A DNA stretch of 64,000 bases from Chiloscyllium plagiosum (lineage: Eukaryota), in assembly GCF_004010195.1 (NCBI RefSeq), contig NC_057718.1, forward strand, positions 43,461,970 to 43,525,969. Reading direction: 5' to 3'. Position 1 is the stretch's first letter; each line of letters starts with the position of its first letter. Shown piece after piece: positions 52,581 through 64,000 of the stretch. The translations under genes were made by a program, and so were the position numbers. The notes below the pieces were generated by a model. It searched no databases, was not told the origin of the DNA, and saw only the letters and a program-made list of their open reading frames with translations.

Positions 52581-52700
52581 TTCCCCTCCTCTCCGAAGAT
52601 AATTTAACTGTTCACAATAACAGTGAGCCTATGAGTCTCTGTAACATCTGGGTAATTGGCAGGTACATCCAGACCTTGCGATGGTGGTTTTGTCTGGAGG
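52581..52700 (-). mobile_element. Gypsy element 2 integrase tail and PPT
   Basis: Minus frame TTIARSGCTCQLPRCYRDS* resembles a CpG-decayed TRSGR...P.RY.D pol ending; PPT ggagaggaggggaa. Confidence 0.75.
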
Positions 52701-53395
52701 TGCCTATCATTTTCACAGTAATCAGTGATATTATCTCTCATTCCTGTTTGTGTGTTAAGTTTTCCTTTCATGGACTGAAGTTGCTGTTCCAGAATTTGCT
52801 TTATCTTGATGAACTGCAGCCAGGATGGTTCTTTCCTGATTATCTATTGATTGATTTCATTCCTCAAGCTGTTTGAAGTGGATCTTCTTGGCATTTATTG
52901 TTCTGTTTTTAAGAATTTCCAGCTCATTTTAATGCTTCTGGTTTTAGATCCTGGATTCTTCTGATTCTATTCTATCAACGTGTTAGCCTTCTGTTGGTCC
53001 AAAATATGTTTCTCGTTAATGACCTGCTCTCTTAACCTGAGTAATAATATTCTCAGAAGTCAAGTAACACCAGGTTATTGTCCAACAGGTTTATTTAAAA
53101 TCACAAGCTTTTTGAGCAGAGCAGCCCTTCGGATTTCTGACTTTGCTCATCCCAGTCCAACACTGGCATCTCCACTTCAATAATGTTCTCAAGTATGGAT
53201 TTATCGTAAGCTAGTTATTCAGCCTTTTCCTCTTGAACTTTAACTTTTCTCTCCGCAGCAGTAGGGCTGAGATTTTAGCTCCTCTAATTCAGAAGAAAGT
53301 GAAGAGTTCCGTTCTTCTTTATTCAATTCTTCAAATGTTTCTTGAATAGTGTGCTGCAGTTTGTGTTGTGTCTCTGATGTTTGGCTGATGCAATA
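52700..53395 (-). pseudogene. Decayed coiled-coil coding fragment of unknown origin inside Gypsy element 2
   Basis: SETQHKLQHTIQETFEELNKEERNSSLSSELEELKSQ / TAAERKVKVQEEKAE*LAYDKSILENII / RLREQVINEKHILDQQK / RIQDLK.KH*NELEILK / KQILEQQLQSMKGKL; no RT, RNase H or integrase motifs. Confidence 0.55.
53056..53178. mobile_element. Penelope-terminal-repeat-like mini-element with a 13-bp TSD
   Basis: aataat(a/g)ttctca at 53043-53055 and 53179-53191; aacaccaggttattgtccaacagg...cccagtccaacactggcatctcc. Confidence 0.85.
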
Positions 53396-53419
53396 GATTG
53401 TTATGAATGTTAGGTATTA

Positions 53420-54800
53420 ACATTACAAGGGTAAAAGTGGTAGTATTAGACATGCTGGTGTAATTGTATTTGCTGGTCCCAGCAGTATTAATAGTGCGGA
53501 CTATCAATGAAATTTACTTACTTGCACTTTGAACAGTATGTAGTTTTTCCACAATATTGACCTTGTGAAACATGTGTTCGCACTTTTTGTCCAACTAGGT
53601 GGATTCTTAGATTCTAGTTCGTCAGCCAGTTTATGTGTGCACCTCCGATGGAACACCAGATGTTCTTTATTATAGTCTGGAGATACTCCTTTGTGTGCTC
53701 TCTTTGGGTTAGCTCTTTGTAGCTGCATCAATCTTTTTCTCTGGTGCACTTCTCAGCTATGTGACTTGGAAAATTAATTGAAAGCTGGGTATTTTCTTGG
53801 TGCATGCAGAAGGCCGCAGCTTCCTCATGTCTTGCTATGTTTGGGCATTCTAATGATGGTGTCAATTTTTGAATATATACTTTAGAATCTGTAACTTTTG
53901 TTGACCTGTGAAGATCACTTTGTACATCCATTCTTCAGGAGCTCTTTGACACTATATCACATAGGAAGCAATGGCCTAATTGTATTATCACTGGATCCAT
54001 AGACCCAGGTAATGTGGTCCCGGGTTTGAATCCTGACCTGATAGATAGTAGAATTTGAATTCAATAAAAATCTGGAGTTAGGAGTCTAACAGTGACAACA
54101 AATCCATTGCTAATTGTTGGAAAAACCCATCTGGTTCACTAATGTCCTTTAGGGAAAGAAACTGCCATCTTTACCTGGTCCGGCCTACATGTGACGTCCG
54201 ATCCATAGCAATGTGGCTGAATCTTAATTGCCCTCTGGGCAATTAGAGATGGGCAATAAATGCTGATCTAGCCAGTGACACCATCCTCCTGTGAATGAAT
54301 TTTTAAAAATTTGATTTGTCTAGCAAATTCTTTTGGAAAGCTTCCATGTGAGTGGGTGTGATCATTGACTTAACAGTCCTGATTGGTAGCTCTACATTTT
54401 TTTCAAAGAACCATACAATGAACCCTTTTCTCTGCATCTGCTCATGAAGTGTTCTATGAATTCTGTAGGCTTCTGTTGAAATGACATGTATTCCAGACAA
54501 TGAAGATGAATATTTAATCTGACTCTGAAATGGTCTACTAATGTGTCACTTTTGATCCATACATTTTGGAGATATTTTAAACTGTTCAGCTGATAATCCA
54601 GACTTGTTAGGTCTGTCACCTGTCAATCCCAATTACTAGGTAAACCTTAATGGCTTGCTTTTCTGCACTGAACTCACCTGAGTCTGAATGCTGCTTAAAT
54701 ATTTTAAATTCTGTTAAGAAGTCTGTTATGTTCTAATTTAAATGAGGAAATTTTGTTGATATTCTGGCAATGTGATTTTGGCCTTCCCTTGCTTGCTATC
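53420..54800 (-). mobile_element. Gypsy element 2 gag with zinc-knuckle remnant, interrupted by a SINE
   Basis: EFKIFKQ...KQAIKV; DHFRVRLNIHLHCLEYMSFQQKPTEFIEHFMSRCREKG; MEAFQKNLLDK; YSVKELLKNG; T*GSCGLLHAPRKYPAF. Confidence 0.8.
53962..54302 (+). mobile_element. tRNA-derived SINE inserted in gag
   Basis: Same family as 48482 (ggttcactaatgtcctttagggaaagaaactgccatc). Confidence 0.88.
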
Positions 54801-55065
54801 AATCTGGAACACACACTGATATTTTGCTTTTCTCAAATGTATTGAACAGGCCTTGCAATGGGAATTTGTCTGTTTACCAGAAAGCTGTGTTTTCAACACA
54901 GTCCAACACTGTAATGAAGAAAGACATTGAGGCTTGTCTCATGCATTTTAGCATAACTGAAGACTGACAAGGATGTCTTTCTCCATTGGCTAACTTGCTT
55001 ATTCATGGTTCAAGCGCAATAGGCCTCAACAGCATGATATTTTTTATTGTTGTTTTTCATGACAA

Positions 55066-55273
55066 GTTAATGATAATAATCACTCATTAAGGATTGAATA
55101 GTCCAACGTTTTAATTTATTTAAAACAATAAAACACATGGCAAGTTATGAAGCAAGTCTTACACCAACTAAGCTTGCAGATCCAGAGCAAATTAAGTTCA
55201 CGGCAGGGTCATCACATTGTATCCACACTGCACATGTAATCCTTCAAAGGTGTCATTCTCTTAACAAACAACA
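55066..55273 (-). mobile_element. 5' LTR of Gypsy element 2
   Basis: Diverged direct repeat of 52202-52580. Confidence 0.7.
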
Positions 55274-55318
55274 CTTCAAGTACTTTGTAAATAGTGGTTT
55301 TTCAGACTCTATCATTCT

Positions 55319-55531
55319 TGTTTAGTGATTGGAACCAGGTAGACCTCATTGACTACAAAGTTCTTCATTGGGTTGTTAATCTGGGCCAATGAGGAAGCGT
55401 GCATCAACAAGATCCACTGAGTTCCAGATCACTGCACTGTTTTTCACATGGTCCATTTAAAAATATTTTGCTTTAATAAATTAACGGAATGGACTGGAAT
55501 GATAAGTTGGGTACTGGGTAATTTGGTAACA
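55319..55531 (+). mobile_element. LTR-like piece related to the solo LTR at 28936
   Basis: First ~80 bp share tgattggaacca, ctcattgacta, attgggt.gttaa; TG...CA possible; no TSD found. Confidence 0.45.
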
Positions 55532-55589
55532 GTTTCAAAAACCTCTTCTGAAATATTAGAGCCATCAATCATGTTATACTGTTTAAATA

Positions 55590-56267
55590 TAGTTAAGAAT
55601 CACATAACACCAGGTTACAGTCCAACAGTATTATCTGGAACCACTAGCTTTCGGAACGCTGCTCCTTCATCAGGTAGCTGTGGAGCAGGACCATAAGACA
55701 CAGAATTTATGGCAAAAGATTACAGTGTCACGCAACTGAAATGATATGTTGAACAAACCTAGATTGCTGTTAAGTCTTTCATCTTTAGAATGGGTTGCAG
55801 GTTTCAGTTCATTAAGATGTAAATCCCAGAACTTCTTTTAAGTCACATTCTTGAGATAAGTTAAGAGTTTTATATGTGACCTATGAGTATTTCTCTACCT
55901 ACATTGAATGTGCCTGAAGCAGACATTAAGCTGCTTGAACATGATAATGCTAGTGTTCATGTCTGTTTCAGGGCCATACTCCTAATGGCAACATAAACAG
56001 ACTAAACACGTAATGGGCAGACTGTACTCTTTCTACATTAGGTTATAGTCCAACTGGTTTATTTGGAAGCACTAGTTCTCCATGCACTGCTCCTTCATCA
56101 TGTGGTTGTGGAGTATAAATTCTGTGTCTTATGGTGCTATTCCACAACCACCTGATGAAGAAGCAGTGCTCCGAAACCTACTGCTTCCAAATAAACTGTT
56201 GGACTATAGCCTGATATTGTGTGATTTTTAACTTTGTACACCCCAGTCCAACACCGGCATCTCCAAA
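55590..56267. mobile_element. Two Penelope-terminal-repeat-like elements (~55590-55875 and palindromic 56040-56267)
   Basis: Second copy has ~70-bp inverted arms (56041-56112 vs 56141-56211) and tctttctacatt duplicated at 56028 and 56268. Confidence 0.85.
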
Positions 56268-56859
56268 TCTTTCTACATTGATGTAGTCAGCAGCCCTTAA
56301 AAGGAACTGCCAGCTAAAACATAAGTAACTTATTGTAACTTCCACCTCAACCGCACCTGAACCCTTAAAATCAGTCTATAGGGTGCTTTGGATTTGGGGC
56401 CACACAGTTTTGCTGAGGCCTCAATATTATGGTAAATGTTCAATTAGCATTGCATCTCATTGGCTTTATGTTGATGAAGTTAGTGACCCAATTTTTAATC
56501 AGTTTCAGGTTAATGTCTTTTGTAAGTGTTCCTAATTATGAGAGAGCGATTTCACATTGGTTCCTGCCACTAACTGAAATTCTTGGTCAGAAATAGAGAG
56601 GATGAGGAGAGAGTGAAGAGCTCTGAGTTCTGGTATTAACTTAGGGAGAGAGTTGTGTGTCAAACCATCCTGATCTGTGTGACCCAGAAGCTTTTAGCTC
56701 TCTGGTTTCATCTGAATGTTCATGTTTGAAACTGATGACAAGTGAAAATTTATTGTTGTGCAGAAGCTCAACTTTGGGAAGCAGGTTGTCATTCAGGGTC
56801 AAAGGAATTGTTCCTTGGCACTCGTGTCATTTGTAGCAAATAAACATTGAGGCCAGGAA

Positions 56860-56920
56860 AGCCTTAGTTTTAATAATGGTACCTGGAGAAGCACTCCTGT
56901 TCTCAGTGGCCCCCTGAGAA
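56860..56920 (-). repeat. Dispersed repeat end (probable LTR start on minus), also at ~60600-60660
   Basis: gccttagttttaata.tggtacctggagaagcact.ctg.tctcagtggccccctgaga occurs at both sites. Confidence 0.75.
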
Positions 56921-57984
56921 AACCCAGTAGATGCAGAAGTGAAAGTTTTACCTGTTAGAGCCTCTTCCAGTCACAATTCCTTCTCCAGCTTGGTGGATCT
57001 GTTGGGAAATACCCATAGTTTAAAAAAAAACAGCCAGTTTTTGATGATGACACCAGATCCAAATCCATGTATTGAAAGATGGACTGCACTGGTTTTTACT
57101 GTTCAGTCGTCACACCTAATGGTCTTATCATTTCTGCAGAGCTAAAACAATTGCTTTAATATTGTTGCCAGTTTGTCTTGAATAAAAAAGAATCAATTTT
57201 GAAGTCTATAAGTTTTCCGCTTGTGCTTACCCATAAAGGCACTTGCAATGATTTTTATACTGGTGGATAATTCCTACCACCACTGAGAAAAAGGAGACAG
57301 AACAGTGGGGGAAAAATATGAAAAGGCATGAACAGTCTTTGGCCCATTCTAATGTTTTCATTTTTAATTAAATTGATTTTTTAGAGCAAACTAAACCTCT
57401 TAAATAGAAACATATAGAAAGGGAGGATCTGGGTAAATGCTAAGTGGTTTGTGGCTTGTCTCTACCTGCTATCATCTGTCGTTTGGGGCATAAGTAAGTG
57501 GGAGTGAAGGAAATGAGTAAAATATTGAGATTAGCTGATCAACAATAAATCAAGGAGAGACATTCATACAATGGTTGAAAAGATGGTTCAGAACAGAAAG
57601 GGTAAGGATAGTGATCAGATAATAAGAAGAATAAAGAATATTCAAAGAGCCATTGTGTTTGAAACTATATCTGTTTCTCTCTTCACAGCTGTTGCCAGAT
57701 TTCCTGAATTTGTCCTGTATTTTCTTTTTTTTTTAATGTGATCAAGTCCCTTTGGTTCCCATGTTGTTTCTACTGCAATTGTCTCCCTATGGGATTATAT
57801 AACCTCCTGCTTTACAAATATTATGTGGTCTTATCCTCTTTTGTAATTCTTAGACAAATCCTAAATAAAGGTATGTTTGTCTTGCCTCTTCCCTCACTCT
57901 GATGCCTGCAAACAAATGTCATCCCTTCTATATAGTTAGTTATGACTTTTTACACCTATATTTTCTTTCAAAGTCAACTCAACT

Positions 57985-58300
57985 CCAGCACAGAAATCAG
58001 GGTTGACACTCCAGTGCAGACAGAGGTGTGCTAATTCATCAGTTGTGGTATTGTTTAGGTGAAATGGTAAGCTGAAACTCCTTAGTAAAAAAACAAAACA
58101 TTGTGCTATTTCAAATAGAAACAGAGAAATTATCCTGTGCCCTGCCCATTGTATAATCCCTCAATGAACAAATCACAAAAACGGATTCAATGGTTATCTT
58201 TCCATTGCTGTTATTATGAGCTTATTGGTACAAATTGTATGCTGCACTTTTTACACTACTAAAGTAAAAGTAGCTGCACTTCATTGGCTGTGAACTACTG
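57985..58300 (+). mobile_element. DeuSINE-like (SacSINE1/AmnSINE-related) old SINE
   Basis: tgacactccagtgcag...gctatttc...atccctca...cattgctgt...cttcattggctgtgaa resemble the Deu domain and tail as recalled. Confidence 0.6.
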
Positions 58301-58334
58301 TACCTACAGACATGATTAATCATGAATAAAAATA

Positions 58335-58532
58335 AAGGCAGCATCGCCAGAAAAGCTCAGCAGATCTGACTGTATCTTTGGAGAGAAATCAGAGGTAACA
58401 TTTTGGGTTGAGTGACCCTTCCTCAGGACCTTTCCTCTCAGGAAGGGTCACTTGACCTGTAACATTAATTCTGATTTCTCTCCTCAGATGCTGCCAGACC
58501 TCCTGAGCTTTTCAAGCAATTTCTGTTTTTGA
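58335..58532. mobile_element. Head-to-head inverted pair of Penelope-type terminal repeats
   Basis: gaaaagctcag...gagagaaatcaga...gtgacccttcct | aggaagggtcac...tctgatttctctc...ctgagcttttc. Confidence 0.8.
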
Positions 58533-58571
58533 TTACAGCATCTGAGGTTCCTATGATTTTTATAAGATCAA

Positions 58572-58762
58572 ATTGCCATTGTCTTACCAGAACATTGGTC
58601 TCATTAGAGAGAGACAACTGGTGGTGCTTTAACCTGAGGGTCACCATGCCTCAGCAAGGGGAGATGTTGAGAACTTGAGTAACTTCACCCAACGGAGGAA
58701 TTGAACCCACGCTGTTGGCATTGGTCTGCAGCGTAAACCAGCCATCCAGCCAACTAAGCGAA
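58572..58762 (-). mobile_element. tRNA-derived SINE
   Basis: rc: gcttagttggctgg...gtgggttcaattcc (A and B boxes). Confidence 0.65.
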
Positions 58763-58784
58763 AGTAAATGCAAGTTATTGCAGG

Positions 58785-60075
58785 ACTAGAACTTAGAGCA
58801 TTACAGTGCAGAACAGGCCCTTCAGCCCTCAATGTTGCGCCAACCTGTGAAACCAAACTGAAGCCCATCTTACCAACACTATTCCATTATCAACCATATG
58901 TTTATCCAATGATCATTTAAGTACCCTTAAAGTTGGCGAGTCTACTGCTGTTGCAGGCAGGGCATTCCTCGACCTTACGACTCTGTGTATAGAACAGACC
59001 TCTGAAATCTGTCCTATATCTATCACCCCTCAATTTAAAGCTATGACCCCTCGTGCTAGGAAAAAGGCTCTCACTATTCACCCTATCTCATCCTCTGATC
59101 ATCTTGTATGTCGCTATTAAGTCACCTTCTAACCTTTCTCTCTCTAACAAAAACAGCCTCAAGTCCCTCAGCCTTTCCTCCTAAGACCTTCCCTCTATAC
59201 CAGGCAAAATCCTGGTAAATCTCCTTTGCACCCCTTTCACAGCTTCCACATCCTTCCTATAATGCAGCGACCAGACTGTATGCAATACTCAAAGTGCGGT
59301 TGCACTAGAGTTTTGTGCAGCTGCAACATGACCTCGTGGCTCCTAAATTCAATCTTTATACAAATAAAAGCTAACACACCATTCGCCTTCTTAACAACCC
59401 TATCAATCTGGGTGACAACTTTCAGGGATCTACGCACATGGACACTGAGATTCTCTGCTCATCCATTATATCAAGAATTTTACCATTAGCCCAGAACTCT
59501 GCATTCATGTTACTCCTTCCAAAGTGAATCACCTCATACTTTTCTGCACTAAATTCCATTTGCCACCTCTCAACCCAGCACTGCAGCTTATCTGTGTCCC
59601 TCTGCAACCTGCAACATCCTTTCGGACTATCCAGAACTCCACCGATCTTAGTGTCATCCAAATTTACTAATCCATCATTCTACGTCTTCATCCAGGTCAT
59701 TTATAAAAATGACAAATAGCAGATACTTGACAGGTACATCGCTAGTAACTGAACTCCAGGATGAACATCTCCCATCAACCACCACCGTCAGTCTTCTTAC
59801 AACTAGCCAATTTCTGATCCAAACCACTGAATCATCCTCAATCCCATGCCTCTGTACTTTTTTCAATAACCTACCAAGGGGAAACTTATCAAATGCTTTA
59901 CTGAAATCCATAGATACCATATCAATAGCTTTACCCTCATCCACTTTGGGTCACTATCTCAGTTTGTGAGGCACAACTTACCCTTCACAAAACTGTGTTC
60001 TCTATCCCTAATCAAATTATTCCTTTCTAGATGATTATAAATCCAATCTCTTATAATCCTTTCCAACACTTAATC
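58785..60075 (-). mobile_element. CR1 RT to 3' end
   Basis: DEGKAIDMVSMDFSKAFDK, DDTKIGG, WQMEF, LHKTLVQPHFEYCIQ. Confidence 0.93.
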
Positions 60076-60269
60076 CACAACTGAAGGAAGGTTCACTCGA
60101 CTATAATTGCTATTAAGAGCATTTTGCATTTTTAAAGCAGTGCTGCTGGATCTTGATAAGTACATCAGAAGAGTTGGTTCGCCAGTCTGATTCAATAATG
60201 GGCCCACATTTAGACTTCTCTTAGGCTGCAACATGGCCTGGAAATGGAGCATAGGTAACATTGAGGGGA

Positions 60270-61800
60270 AATGCTGTGCAGAGACAGGAGGAGGAGGCTG
60301 GTCCTCATTAAAATATGCTACCCCTGCAAGGGAGTTTCTATGGAGCATATCTCCAGCTGCAGCTCAGTAAGGAACAGTGTGTCAGGAGCCTGTGCTTCAC
60401 TATGGAAATGGATACTTCACATTGCCACCTTTTGGAAACCAACCTACAACCATCTAGGAGGGCATGGAAGGAGCCGTCAGCACCTGCCAAAGTCACCTTC
60501 AGATTTTACAAAAGGAATCCTTGTTAGTTTCTTTTCCTTTGCTAAGCAATATGCTTAAATTCAGTGGATTGCCATGTCTGATCTGAGGTCATTATGAATG
60601 CCTTAGTTTTAATATTGGTACCTGGAGAAGCACTTCTGATCTCAGTGGCCCCCTGAGACAAGTCCAGGTAGGAGCAAGTAACATTAGGAACACCTTGCAG
60701 TTCACTATCTGGGGATATTGCATAGAAAGAGAGTGCACTTAACTTTTCACTCACCAAAAGGAAACAGGAGAGAGCATGTGAGTTTGTCGGAGGGTGAAAT
60801 TTTCAAGGATCCATCATGCAGGGTGCAATTGCTTGCAAACGTGGCTTTAAATGTTTCACATGTTAATTAGGGAATTGAGGGTATGTCCTACGACTGTTAA
60901 GTCAACCACAATCAAATGGTAGGTCACCATTTCCAGATGATCCTTGCTATGAGTACACACTATCCTAGTAGCAGCCACAATATATTCATCATGCAGCAGT
61001 CCAGCATACCTGCCATCTTAGGAACATCAACAGAGAACCAGACCCAGGCTGATCAGGGACAAGTGATGCCCATTCTACACCTGGCTAAGGATTTCCATTC
61101 ACAACTGACCATATATGGATAATACACTGATGTATACCACAGTTCGTACATCAAAAAGATATGTAATGTCATGAGATCAGCCCTACTCATCAGAATATAG
61201 AAGACCTAATCTTGGGAGGAGATAACCCGTGTCTTTGTGTGTTTGTTAAGCAATTGTTTTAGTGATAAGTTCATGTGGCTAAAACTAATGTGTATTTACT
61301 GTTGGTTTGAGTTTGATGTCTCACAGCAGACCATCTAATACAACCAGCTGCTAAGTACTACATAATAAACCTTTACAGTTTATCAATATTGAGCATATCT
61401 TTTACTAAAATTCACATGAGCATCTTTGCCCATTTGGTATCAGTAACTTGGACTAACACCAATAAGAAGGATTGTTGGCAGTAAATCTATTCTAGTCACC
61501 TCAGATGGTTCTGTGGAACATAGCCACTCTATTAAAACACATATCAATATGTAGACACCAAAAATATTTTGGACAAACTGCAATGTATTAGCATGCAGAT
61601 CTAACAGTTCCATTCCCTGCATCACTCAGGCAGAGATTTTCAGCATCCAGTACTCATGGAAGCATGTCTGTAATTTTATGTTGGTCTGCATGGTCTTCTG
61701 TAATCTTTCTATCATGATGGCACAGTCTTTGCCTCTAGGTACAGAGGCCACCTTGAGTTGAGGAAGAGTAGGAGGAAGGGAGAAGGCATCCAGAAACCTA
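60270..61800 (+). mobile_element. Fossil PIF/Harbinger (HARBI1-like) DDE transposase with nested insertions
   Basis: LQLSKEQCVRSLCFT...CHLLETNLQP...AKVT; MQGAIAC; QMILAMSTHYPSSSHNIFIMQQSSIP (~ARYPGSSHD.FIL); IQYSWKHVCNFMLVCMVFCNLSIMMAQSLP. Interrupted at ~60500-60660 and ~61166-61546 (atatgta on both flanks). Confidence 0.8.
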
Positions 61801-62499
61801 TGGTCCAGCCAAGGCTGCCCTTGAACAGATGCTCTAGTTCCCTGAGGTGCTTTTATGCCTGGGGATAATGATCACAGTAGTTGAGCATGCTACAAATAGC
61901 TTTGACTCTCCTAATGGCTCAGAAAGGTGTTCTAAATATTGAGCTGTAAACATTTGTATTGTCAAGTATGTGCTTACTTCTATGATGAAAGGGAGTTGAG
62001 ATCAAACAAAGTTGTTTTGTATTTCTGCTTAGACACAAAGCTGATGTGTTTCCTATTGCATTGGGCAAGAAAGTCAAGGGAACAATTTTTGTAATTAGGT
62101 TATAGACCTCCCCATAAACTCATATCACAGACATACAGCAGTTTATAGATTTGGCCTGCGTGGTCACCTGGGGGGCAGTTAGCAGGATATAGAAGCAGGC
62201 AGCCTGCAAATCAAATGGAGAAAATGCTGACTATATTTGTCATGATACAGAATGAGGATGGGGGCTTGTGTCTAGACAGAAGGCTAAGTTTGTGAGCACT
62301 TAATGGAGGCTGAAAGGTTTGCCTAGTTTGGAGCGAACATATATACTCTGTAATCCTCACAGGAAGGTGCAGTCCTGGCTGAGCAAGTTAAAATGAAACA
62401 GATTATCTGGAGCTGAGAATATTTCTAGATTGGTTCCTGCAGGATGAAGTGTTCACGTGAGGGATAGAGTAACGTATAACAAAAGTAAGATAAATGGGA

Positions 62500-62805
62500 A
62501 ATCTGTTTGTTGTTTAAAGCATGCATCCTGGCATTCTAACTGGAACTCCATCAATAAACACATCGATTTAGACCCTATCTACCTTACCTTGAAAGGAAAG
62601 AACCGGAAGTGACATAACCCACCTTAAGAAACCAAGACCTATAAATAGAGAGGCGGGACATACCACCAATGCTTCACTGGAGATTCTCACTGATGATGTT
62701 ACCTAGTCAGAGTAATGAAACATCTTGAAACTAGCCTCCCAGCTCAGCACGCTAACTTACATCCATATCATCAACCTGAGCTACAAATCTTCGCAAAAAT
62801 CGCTA
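62500..62805 (+). mobile_element. Penelope 3' end with a decayed hammerhead motif
   Basis: Homologous to 49480-49755 (tccatcaataaacacatcgatttagaccc; gagctacaaatcttc); CTGATGA at 62690-62696 and GAAACATC at 62717-62724. Confidence 0.8.
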
Positions 62806-64000
62806 GGAAAAAATACTGTTTAGTCAACAGTGTTTTGATTTAGGTATTTGTTAGAATAAAAGTTTTTAAAATAGTGAAATCTCAAGACGTCATTCTTTCT
62901 GACATCTACAACATTGAATTTCTCTTTAAAAATTGTCAGATTCAATGAAGGCCGAAGCACCCAGGAAGCTCAGAGCTTAAACACTACATACTGGTCACGG
63001 ATTGGTCACAGATGACATGATGAAGTTAGCCTCCATGTTTGCACTGGGAAGGATCAGCATGGACCTCTTTATGAAACCCTGGGACAAGTTGGTGTCTGGC
63101 TCTTTCATGCTCCTTCACAGTGACAAAAGTTCCTGTGGCTGGCATCTCAGTCTGTTTTGCCTATCATCATTCTCTACATCACTCCATTAATCCTCACCTG
63201 AGTCAGCTGCATGCAGAATGCATTTGTGACCTTCCCTTCCTGGGAAGCTGGTAACAATGCAATCCTTTTCTATTGGCGTGGGTATACTCTGCTCAGCCTT
63301 GCTGACTCAGCACATGCTGACCTGAATCTTTGAGTCTGTTACATTTCAGGATTGCCAATATCTGAGCTGGTAACAATAAGTGTCAGAGTAATTGATGGCG
63401 TTTTGTCATCAGCAGACCAGTGTAGGAGTTGTTGTGGTTGGCCTGGGGACAGTTCTTGGGTCTTTGAAAGCAGAGTGCAAAATGGGAGGGTAAAAATGAC
63501 AGCTGAAAATGCAGCCAAAAGGTCCGTGCTAATACTGTCTGCTGTATGGATTTCATACCAGATGGTCGGGTGAGACTCAAATGGAAGTTGAAAAAATGCA
63601 TAAGACAGGGATGTGTCTTTTTTTCTGGAATGTTCTTTGTGATAGTGAATGAAATAGCCTTAGTCATAAATGGCTTCATGATGTGAAACCTTTCCTCCTC
63701 CAGACTGCGCTGTTCTGCTGAAAACTGACCATAACTAATTTATCCCTACTTGTCACACTTCATGTGTTCCACTTTATGGATGCCAAATATGCCACAAGTG
63801 CAAATATGTATTTCACTCTTGAGATTGTTTGGCTGAAATTGAATTTTTGTATTCATTAAACAACAACAAAATACAACTGGACATGTATGGCATGAAACTC
63901 AGGAGCATGAGGGCAGAAATGATCAAAGAACTGCTAAATGTTTCTGAAAATTACACATGAGCAATGGTAGCAATGAACAAACAACTACCAATAATACAAC

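Noticed and set aside
52197..55278. TSD and PBS for Gypsy element 2
   Set aside because: Flanks tgtca/cttca match only 3 of 5 and the PBS region is too decayed to call.

Overview
AT-rich (roughly 40% GC by eye), CpG-depleted vertebrate DNA made mostly of transposable-element debris. The repeat types (CR1 LINEs, HE1/V-SINE-like and DeuSINE-like SINEs, Penelope elements, Harbinger fossils) point to a cartilaginous fish, probably a shark; this is an inference. No intact host gene is visible, only a few weak exon candidates. The main result is two old Gypsy LTR retrotransposons in which most of pol is replaced by non-retroelement coding sequence. Element 1 (~27.7-32.1 kb, +) reads LTR-PBS-gag-protease-RT start, then about seven intronless obscurin-like Ig domains in the pol frame, then integrase tail-PPT-LTR. 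Element 2 (~52.2-55.3 kb, -) reads LTR-gag, then an unidentified coiled-coil frame, then integrase tail-PPT-LTR. Also present: a Penelope copy with a minimal hammerhead ribozyme, palindromic hammerhead-core mini-elements with long TSDs, a duplicated SINE+5S rRNA pseudogene block, a CR1 5' end with an esterase ORF1, and a TA-flanked MITE. All calls come from reading and hand-translating the sequence; no database search was run and fragment boundaries are approximate.
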